From the NCBI GenBank assembly GCA_024704765.1, contig JAKMXF010000310.1, positions 1 to 64,000 on the forward strand: a stretch of 64,000 bases of DNA, given 5' to 3'. The notes beneath the pieces are model-generated. The model did not search any database. It had not been told where the DNA came from and worked only from the letters and a program-made list of their open reading frames with translations. The position numbers and the translations under genes were made by a program. This DNA is from Oopsacas minuta (Eukaryota > Animalia > Porifera). Each line of letters starts with the position of its first letter. Positions within the stretch are counted from its first letter, which is position 1. Of this stretch, positions 40,687 to 50,900 are shown one piece after another.

Positions 40687-43227
40687 AACTACTTTAAATC
40701 AAATCGAAATAATTTAGAATATTTTAATCTAATCAACAAACATTTGCCTAAAATAAATTATCGATCATTGTAACTATTTGACTAAACCCTTCAGTATACT
40801 CCGCCATAGCATTCTATGATCCCACATATGCACATACGTAATGCAGGTGTCACAAAGTGTGAAATATATTGTATATACATTGTATTTAAATAATTCTATA
40901 TCATATGAAGATTTCTATTAGGGGAATTCGTAATTAATAGCGATAGATAAACTGTTATTAACTCCTCAGTGTTGATATCTTGTGGCCTAGATTGTACTAG
41001 CTGACTCAATAATGTTAGAAAATTTTTGAGAAATTATTGATTTAAATGCAGAAATATATCCATTAGCAAGGGGAGGATACAAACTCTACTAACTTTAAGT
41101 CTGCTCATTTTCCTAACACAGTGATTCTCAACCTGAGGACCGCGGAAGAAAAATATTATTATTAGTTTGTATAACATTTTAAAATGGTGTTAATCAATTA
41201 GAAAATATGAATATTTGATTTTTAGTCTTCGTTAGAATACTAAATTTAATTATCCTATATACCCTGTCTAGTGGGGACAGGGGATGAGGGACAGATTAAA
41301 TATCATAAATCGAATCATAAAGAATGCAAATGCTGATCTTTGAACTCAAAAGCTGCAATAAAAATGTGTTTAAAACTTAACAAATAACTCACCATCTCTT
41401 TTGAATAAAAATAAATAAACAAAATAATATATTTTTATATAATATGGATAATGTAGTATAAGTTCACTGCTTTTATATTAAACATTTAAGAAGAAGACAG
41501 CCATAATAAAAGTAGAGTCATATAGCACTCTTTGTAGACACAAGTGCTATGTGAATATGGTAATTTATCATAATCTTGTTTGAATAATTAAATGGATAAT
41601 TTACTTATTCTCATCATCATCTATACGTAGTTTGGTTTATCTTCTTACAGGGTGGGCTGAGGGCTAGAGTGAACTATTAGAGAATTACTAATTTATGAGA
41701 TTGTATTCGTACTAAGTAATTTACAAACTTATACATGCGTAGGTATTCCATATTCCCACTTATCAACAACTTCATATCACGTGGTTTATTGATACCACAA
41801 AATAATATTTCCGGATTATAAAATGCTATTATCAATATAAGGTCGCTGTTTCAGCTCCAACGCCTGTATCTGATTTGGCTACCGCACGAATATTGTCATT
41901 ATTGCCATTATTTCACTATTTACTCAATGTAATTCAGTTGCGGAGTGTATAAACTTTAATACTAGATATAGTACTTGGAATAGAGATGAATTTTTTTCGT
42001 CTAGCATAAGATAATATCATAAAGTTTGACTACTTTTGTCATTTTCATACTTTATGAATGAACTAATTTCCGCTGATACGTCACAAAATAATGAGATAAT
42101 GATAATGAACAGCCGACCTGCATGCATGCTCAGGTGATCTCATGTGAAGCTGAAACAAGTTTATCATTAACAGTGGCCTAATTAAATCATAAAATTTTAC
42201 AATTGTACCATTATTGCTGTATAGTGTATGTACATGGTAGCTAGTCTGAATGGTTAGTTAAAGTCAACAAAAAAATTATCAGTGTCGAGAAACTACGAGT
42301 TTGAAATATTCAAATAAGTATCCCCCAAAGTCCAAAGGGCGCAGGTCAAAACGTCTACAAACCGGCTATTTAATAGTATGCGATCCCTTGAAGGATATTC
42401 ATAGAAATAGTTAAGGAACTAGCGCTAATTGTTGTATTTGTGCCTTTACTACATTATTGCGATAATTCTTTGGAATTTTGCTGGCATTAGTGTCTATCTT
42501 GGCCTGGATTGTTGTTCGGACTTCTTGACCACCCCGTAGTTGTTGCTAGGTGTATTTTAAAGCATTATTGGCGGTGGTGGAATTACTTTTATTGAATTAG
42601 TTTTGTTGGGGTATTGCATCCGTGTCCTTTGTAAACATTTTGATCCGCACTGGATAAAAATTCATTAATTTTCTTGCACCTTTTTTCAAAATTTCGATTT
42701 TATACAGAAAATACATGTTCTCAACTATATTATATCTTTGTTGTGTCCTAATTTTGGTTCAAGAGATACGTATACAGCGATCTACGTAATCACGGATATA
42801 CATTTTCCTAAGTGATTCAATCCCAAAAGTTAAGCGCTTATTCGCTGATCAGAAGAGTTACCGTTTCTTAGCCTAGATGCACAAATGAGTATACTACATG
42901 TATATATTTGAGACTTGATCATGATTGGATCTTAGAAAAATGGTAACATTAGATCATTTGTTTGGGAAATTTTTCTGACTCCTGGCAGCAGTCAGCAGAG
43001 TGGCAGGCTGGCATCAAAACCTTGCCTGAAACGAAAATGCATAGGTTTCAACGAAATATTAACAAGACTTAGTGAATCTCACAATTATAGATACGTGTAG
43101 CATGTTCTAGGCGTATCGGAGAATTCTGAGTGTGGGGCGTACGGCACTGTGCTACCAATCATGCACAAAATTATAAATAATAATTAATAAATTTAATACA
43201 ATATATCATTTACAACTCATAGGGTAT

Positions 43228-43776
43228 CTATTTAGTGGTATCACCTATGAAGTGTTTATAATAACTCCGTGTGTGCTCATTCATTAGGTCCTGACTACAC
43301 TCTGGAAGTTCTCTGACAGGACGTCCTGGATTCCCAGCGTAGACTCGAAATGGTGCAACTATAGTTTCAGGAGGAAGCACGGTATCATCTTCAATCCAGC
43401 AACATTCCTTGAGTACACAGTGAGTACCAAGTACACAGTTCTTCCCAACATAACTATAACTTCCTACCTGTGCTGCAGAGACTATAGTATCTTCTCCAAT
43501 CATAACATTCTCCCCTATTATTAGCGGGAAGAATGCTACACTCTTAGCTAATGTTTTGAAGCCAGGATGGAGAACTGCCCCCCTCATGATTGTACTATAT
43601 TTACCGACACGGATTTGAGCCAAATCTCCTCGAAGAATAGAATCTTCCTTCACAATACATCTCCCACTCAGTACTATGTTCTGACTGCCCGACAGAAAGG
43701 AGAAACGACTAACTTTGTTTCCTGCAGCAGTCTCAATGTAATCTCCCACAGGATAAGTAATATCTGGAAGCTCCAT
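43228..43776 (-). CDS. DCTN5: Dynactin subunit 5 (p25), intronless, 182 aa
   Basis: YIETAAGNKVSRFSFLSGSQNIVLSG...RGDLAQIRVGKY...AFFPLIIGENVMIGEDTIVSAAQVGSYSYVGKNCV...ILPPET-type left-handed beta-helix. Length equals that of animal p25. Confidence 0.96.
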   Translation of the reverse strand: MELPDITYPVGDYIETAAGNKVSRFSFLSGSQNIVLSGRCIVKEDSILRGDLAQIRVGKYSTIMRGAVLHPGFKTLAKSVAFFPLIIGENVMIGEDTIVSAAQVGSYSYVGKNCVLGTHCVLKECCWIEDDTVLPPETIVAPFRVYAGNPGRPVRELPECSQDLMNEHTRSYYKHFIGDTTK

Positions 43777-44453
43777 TGTAACTACACGATAATTGAATAT
43801 AGTGAGTGTTGATTATTGATACATGTAAAGCAAAATAAATTATTAAACCCATGAATGATAACTTCTAGGTATAGAGTATTGGTAGAAATCGTTTTTAACC
43901 ATGCTTAAATCTATCCTTCTGGTGGAAAGTTTAGCCTTGTAAATACTTCACTGATAATGTCCTTTCCTTATGGAGAATTGGTAGATTTACTTGTAACTCG
44001 AAATTTGGAAAATTTGTACATTCATGATGAGTTTGCATTTGGTCAAAACCATGACGTCAGGACATTTGTCACATTGAGGGGTGCCTATGATTCAAATTTC
44101 AAACTTCTATCATGTATATTGGCTGAACAGTGGTTAATAATGTGATTTTTCGAAAATCCAAAAATGTAACAATGGGTCATAATTTCGTCGTAGCTGTGAA
44201 TTTTCGACCCAGACTCAAACTTGTCCGAGCCAGGCCCAAAATGCCCCGGTATGCCAAAATCAGCCATGGGGGGGGCCATCCAGTTTCTTCAATCAATTCT
44301 GGACACACAAACATATATATAGATTAATCGCGTTTTTTAGATTAATACTATTACTAGTAGCATATACGTACATAAAAAGTATAATCACAACAAACATTGA
44401 CAGTTCCAGATATGTAAGATTACACATTTCATGGTATAAGAGTTATGTAATAA

Positions 44454-44951
44454 CTAGATCGCATACTTGTCTCTGAGAGCTTCCCTCTTCAGCTCTCTTT
44501 CCATCCTCTGCTCATGCTTGTAGTCCTGGAGCTTGTCCATCTGTAGCTGTTCTTTGTCTTCAGTAAAATATCTCTTCTTTTTACGACACCAGCAACAGCA
44601 AATACAGCATGTAATACAAATACATAGGAACACACCTACCAATAACAAGACAGCTGCTACTATGACAATGATACTGTAGAGACCATTGAGAACACATTGA
44701 GTTATGAATAGATCTTGTACAGGACATGTAGTACTCACAAGACCAAAGAAATCAGTATTACTACAGACAGATGACTCATCACACCAGTAGCACATTACGT
44801 TCTCAAGACAAGTGGTGCAGTTAGTGCCATTCTGTAATCCACAATTTACCGTAGGGGTGTTAGTCATGGAGGTTGTCTGGGAATATACATTGGAGGTGTA
44901 AAGTGTAAATATACAAAATGCTATAGAAATGAAACTCAAGAATAACTTCAT
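44454..44951 (-). CDS. PTTG1IP/PBF-like PSI-domain type I membrane protein, copy A, 165 aa, intronless
   Basis: Signal peptide; PSI domain (CTTCLENVMCYWCDESSVC...CP...FITQC); TM helix; Cys-rich juxtamembrane CCICCCWC; charged tail ending LRDKYAI (human IRKKYGL-like). Confidence 0.85.
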   Translation of the reverse strand: MKLFLSFISIAFCIFTLYTSNVYSQTTSMTNTPTVNCGLQNGTNCTTCLENVMCYWCDESSVCSNTDFFGLVSTTCPVQDLFITQCVLNGLYSIIVIVAAVLLLVGVFLCICITCCICCCWCRKKKRYFTEDKEQLQMDKLQDYKHEQRMERELKREALRDKYAI

Positions 44952-46699
44952 TTTCCAAATTACCAGTATTCGCTTGTTGAATTCTTATATAGGGATAGTG
45001 AATTGAATCTATTCGTGAAAGGATAAGATGGAAGAGTTCAGGTTTCATCAAAGACACAATAAATTATCTGGAATGCTATCACATTTAAAGCAAATATATG
45101 GAAATGTATAAAGCATGCTCTGTTATCATTATCGGTTTTGCTGGAGGGGTATCAGTGACGATCCATCTTGATAGTATTTGGTAAGAATCATAAATACCCA
45201 AGCTCAAATCTCTTCCGCAGAATCTATATATGTACAGTAATGTACCCATAGTCGTTGATACTAATCGGACGGCTAGATTTGCACAGCAGCGCGAACGGAC
45301 GGAAGGACGTAAGAACGTTATTAAGGCATTTTCATATCTCCTTATAGTTATGGGGGCTGTTAAATATTCGATATTGAAAATAGTTAATGATTTTCATCGT
45401 GGATGCTGCAAGTCAAGCAATAATCAAAGAAACTAAGTGTGTTACGTAGTTTATATAGTTGAATTGAGGCTAGGAACTTACTTTGCTTGTATTTGTACGT
45501 ATTTTAGCATTTGCGTTATCCCGAATCTTGCATTGAACCAGGAAGGATGTACAATTGTACATACATATATAAGACTCTGACATAGCACATTGAGTAAACC
45601 CTTAGTTCTATCAACAACAAAATATAAAGAAGAATTTGTGCAAATTCAAAAATATTTAAAATACGTAATTCATTTCAGACATCATGAATTATGAATTATG
45701 AATTATGAATTATTACAATTATTAATTTATTAATTACTTACCAATGAATTGGTCTACTATTGATAAAGATCATATGATCATATCACGACTCACTAGTAGT
45801 TGCAAATTTCTTACGAGTACTTAGAAATATATTTGAAGATGCAGATGAAACTGGCCTGGGAGAGAGGTAGATTCGATTTCTTGACTGGAGGGTTCATGCC
45901 CCAGCTCAGGGGAAATACTATATTTCAAATTCAACCATTTGCTTGATCAATTTTGCACAAACAATTTATTGAGTTTCAAAATACTTAATATGGGAAATGC
46001 ACACTATAGTGGTGTAAAGCAATATACGTAATTATCAAGGTTGCACCGAATAATATTAGTTTTTCGGTTAAGAAACTATTCATGAATACTGATATTCGGT
46101 TCGATCGGTTTCAACCTTGGTAATTATGTATAGTATATATCATATTTAATCAAATCTATAGCTATAATATTAAATCTCAATCGTTGATTGTTTATCTGTT
46201 TGTCAAGGAAAGGATCTACGGTATGCAATTTGAAATTGTCACATAACTATGTATTTATCGTGTTTATCAAGGAAGTAATAGAATCCAATAAAACTTCACT
46301 AAATATATCGAACATGCTGAATCCGATTTTCACACTTTTGGATTAATCATATGTAAATTTATTGTTGTTTTTATGAATATAAAGTAAACAAATAGTTGAA
46401 TATATATTTATTAATTCATTTTGCAATTTTATACTTTGTTAAATTCGAGGCACGAGTGTCGAGTGGCTTGCGAACACAAAATGTTTGCAAGTCGCGGAGT
46501 TCGAGCCAGCGAAGCGGCTCGTAATTGATAGATAACGCATAGCAGATGTACTATTAATGAAATTAAGATTCATTCTGAAGGGGTACAATAGATAACACTA
46601 ATCACCATATATACACATTAATTAAGATCACTGAATAGCACATAGAGAGGGTAAATAGAAAACAATATTATAAAGTAAAACCCGAATATTAATAATCTG

Positions 46700-47194
46700 C
46701 TACATGTACTTGTTCCTAATTTCCGCCCTCTTCTGTTCCCTTTCGATTCTCTTCGCTTCCTTGGATTCCTTAATCTTATCCATCTGTAGCTGCTGTTTGT
46801 CCTCACTGTAGTTCCTCTTCTTAGCGCAGCACCAGCAACAGCAAATACAGCATGTAATACAAATACATAGGAACACACCTACCAATAACAAGACAGCTGC
46901 TACTATGACAATGATACTGTAGAGACCATTGAGAACACATTGAGTTATGAATAGATCTTGTACAGGACATGTAGTACTCACAAGACCAAAGAAATCAGTA
47001 TTACTACAGACAGATGACTCATCACACCAGTAGCACATTACGTTCTCAAGACAAGTGGTGCAGTTAGTGCCATTCTGTAATCCACAATTTACCGTAGGGG
47101 TGTTAGTCATGGAGGTTGTCTGGGAATATACATTGGAGGTGTAAAGTGTAAATATACAAAATGCTATAGAAATGAAACTCAAGAATAACTTCAT
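46700..47194 (-). CDS. PTTG1IP/PBF-like protein, copy B, 164 aa, intronless
   Basis: First about 122 codons are identical to copy A. Tail is diverged and ends IRNKYM. ATG at 47194. Confidence 0.85.
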   Translation of the reverse strand: MKLFLSFISIAFCIFTLYTSNVYSQTTSMTNTPTVNCGLQNGTNCTTCLENVMCYWCDESSVCSNTDFFGLVSTTCPVQDLFITQCVLNGLYSIIVIVAAVLLLVGVFLCICITCCICCCWCCAKKRNYSEDKQQLQMDKIKESKEAKRIEREQKRAEIRNKYM

Positions 47195-47915
47195 TTTCCA
47201 AATTACCAAGTAAATATTTTGCTATTTCTACAATAAGCTTTTGGAATCTTATATAAGGAGGAATTGTATAGTACTGGAAGGCATACTGTTAGAGGCAATT
47301 CTCAATGGATAATATTGCAGGAAAAGGTCAGGTTTCAAAAATTAAATAGACTTATAGTTGTGCACATTCTATTTATGGAAGTTTATAAAGAGTAATTAAT
47401 TATGAAGCTACCTGTATAGGATTAGATTGTTAACTGACCTATCAAGTGAGGTTATGAAATATCAGAGTCAAATATAATCTTTCTTCAAATGCAGATAGCA
47501 TTTTGAGAAGTTATAAATAACACAAGTTTTGAGGAGCCTATTGAAAATTCCGAAAAGCAACCTTAAGAATGAAAGAATCACAAGCAATAAATGTTAGATA
47601 TTGTTTTAGCAATTGTCGTCCTGAAAGAACACATCTCATAGGGTAATAATGCAATTGCATAATACGAGGCTGTATAGGACAATTCAAAAATAGTAAAACG
47701 TATAATGAAGTAATTACAAATATTTTATGGAAATTTGATAGTAAAATGATTAGAAGGCTGTAATAATTATAAATTAATATTTTGCCATACAATTTTCAGA
47801 ATGCAACTAAGGAAAAGATTATATAATACATAAACAATTGCTTTGCCTAAATAATAAGTGAAAGATTGAGTTATTACATATACTGACATGAGAACAGGAA
47901 ATACTTTATCCTTGG

Positions 47916-50900
47916 TTATATATTGCTCTCAGCATATTGATGTGGGGATTGTAGTCTGGCCCTACGATAAGCTTCGTAATGAATTTGGTCAGTTTTCTCT
48001 TTTAGATCTTGCATATGAGTTCTAATGATCATATTTCTGAAGTATATAAAGTCGCAGTGATCCGGGTTCTCAACTTCTACCAGTCCCCATTTACTCTTCC
48101 GTGCAAGAAGTCTCTTAGAGCCAAGCTAAGAATAAACTAATAAATACAGTAGAACCTCGTTAATACGTACACCAAGGGACCGTCGAGATTTGTACTCCTT
48201 ATCCGGAGTACGTCTTAACCGGAAATTCGTATTAACGAGGTTTCACTGTATTATTCGTTCTTAATTTAACAAAAACAGCAACCACTTGTATTATGTAAAA
48301 TAGACTATTTTAGGTTTCTTATTAGTCAGGTGAAAATACAATGATAGGAGAACAATAGATGATTGCTTCCCATCAACAATTGAGCCAGAAAATATATGAA
48401 ATACAGCAAGCAGACAACGCTCTATGAGTCTATGACACACTGATTTCTGGGGGTTCTCCGTTAAGCCATGTAAAGTAATACAGCATCCTTATTTCTCATC
48501 TTCACACATACCAAGTTTTATTGCCTGTCTGGAGAGAATTAATTTGTACTGTAATGAAACAATCAGATTCAAATATTTCACATAATAATTGTGACTATAT
48601 GAATAAAAAGACAGTCCGCGATCCTATTTTCCGAGGAAATTCTTCATGAGAAACAAGGATTTACTTTACATGGCCTAAAACGATTTTAACCCCATTAACC
48701 GGTGGATTTTCCATCTAAAATTGATTGAGGGTCCCAAATTGTGTTCGTACTAACTAGGTTCTACTGTATATTTCAGTATTCAGCTGACATATAACTGAAA
48801 TAAGATATTTATTGGAAACTAACGTACTGAATATATTTGCTCAGAGCCAATGACAGCAAATGGAATGAATGGTTCTAATTCTGAGTTGAGTGAAGCTTCC
48901 TCACTATCTTCCACTTCATAACTTGAAGGGTAAATACATATGTCATTAGCTGCAAAGTCTTCCTTCAATCTCTGTCTGAATGCATGTCTCTCTTCCAGGG
49001 TTAGGGTATCTCCTTTAGCAATTACCTACATTTGTTTAAGCGTTTAGAAATACATATTACATATCGTATCGTGTAAAAATTGAATACTTAGAGGCTTTGA
49101 TTTTGAATAAGCACGGGGATGGACATTTTACAATAATTCCGCGTTCCATACAGCTTCCGTTCTGATACCGCCACTGGCAGAGAGTAAGTAGATTCATTAA
49201 ATTGCATAAAATAATTGTACACTGTACATGGAATAGCGCATAGCATAATACGTATCTCGATGATTTATACACAACCTAGATGATACATTATCTAAAATAG
49301 GATAATTAGTCGATAGTCTTCTCTTTACATCGCGTCACACGTACACACATAATACGATTAATAATACACATATACCTTCTGTCCAGCTCAATTATTAATA
49401 ATTTCCACAAAATTTATATTTCTCTGTAAATTGAGAAAATTTTTGAATACTTCAGTGATAAATTAAATTATGGGATATGATACGGGTTGTGTATTTTCAA
49501 CAATTGATAATACATTTCATACGGTGGAACCTGCAGTATAACAGACGATGAGTCATGCCATATTATAAAGCTGTCACCTATACATATCGGTCACTAATTA
49601 CAGTCCCACCTTACAATTATCCATTGTAATCAATCTGCATTCTATGCGTCACCTCTATAGTGTATTTGCAAACTATAAACACAATTGAAATATACTACTT
49701 GATTCTAAATAAATGCATAAATACAAATATCATGCAACTGTATGAAGATACAGCATTGTCAGATTAGCAGAGTTGGAATATTTATTTTATTTTATTTTAA
49801 ACTCTATTTTGTATTATTAGTCTAGTAATATCAAAAGAAATGAAGGAATAATTAGTAATTCCAGAAAGATAGCTTTCAAAATTAAATGGAAGAGGAAAGG
49901 AAATTGAAAGAAAGATTGAAACATGAAAAGAGGAAAGTAAGTTCTAACAACTTCTCAAGGATACAAACAAGTTTACTATCAGGAGCAATAGCTGGTGCTT
50001 GTGCTAAGACATGTATTGCTCCGTTAGACCGTGCTAAAATAATATTCCAGATTTCCTCTAAAGAATACTCTCTGTTGGGAGCGATCAAGTTATTGATAAA
50101 GCACGCAAGAGAAGATAATATCACCAGTCTATGGCGGGGGAACTCTGCTACCCTAACGAGGATAGTACCGTATGCTGCGATACATTTCGCAGCATACGAG
50201 CAACTCAAGTATAATCTGAGAACAGATGATAATCAGAAATTTCTCCCACCCTTGAGACAAATTCTAGCCGGCTCAACAGCTGGAGCTGTCGCTACTCTCT
50301 TCACCTATCCGCTAGACATAGCCAGAGCTAGATTAGCAGTCACAAAGAAACATGTGTATAGCAATTTATATCGAGCTGTAGTATCTGTAGCTCGTAAAGA
50401 GGGTGTCTTCAATTTATGGCGGGGAATTACTCCCTCCTTAATCGGTATCCTACCATATGCTGGTACCAGTTTCTTCACATTTGAGACCCTGAAGAGACTG
50501 CACTTTGAGAGGAAAGGGACGGATGCTTCCTCTCTATATAAACTACTGTACGGAGCTATAGCCGGGGCATTGGGACAGACAGCCTCGTATCCCCTTGACA
50601 TAGTAAGGAGGAGAATGCAAACAGCTGGACTAGAGGTATGCAGTAGTCCTCAGGGCTCCATGCTACGTACACTTATATACGTAGTTAGATACGAGGGAGG
50701 GGTGCTGGGACTATACAAGGGGCTCAGCATGAATTGGATAAAAGGACCGATATCAGTAACGATAAGTTTTAATGTTTATGAGCTAACCAAAAACTATCTA
50801 ACACAGACGCAATACTTTTAATACTATTCTAACTGCATACTAACTCTATCTATAAAGATTCGAATGTTGTACAGTGTTTATCAATATAGAATGAAGAATA

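Noticed and set aside
39500-43200. 3.7-kb gene-free interval
   Set aside because: AT-rich with MITE fragments and no ORF of 60 aa or more in the track. No tRNA, snRNA or snoRNA signature that I could support.
45684-45711. (ATGAATT)4 tandem repeat
   Set aside because: Real but trivial simple repeat with no sign of function.
45850-45920. tRNA-derived SINE-like sequence (GTAGATTCGATTTC)
   Set aside because: Only a weak B-box resemblance, with no A box, cloverleaf or tail.
49882-50601. Minus-strand ORFs 49882-50208 and 50305-50601
   Set aside because: Antisense shadows of SLC25A42. They lie in the septin intron and carry no septin motifs.
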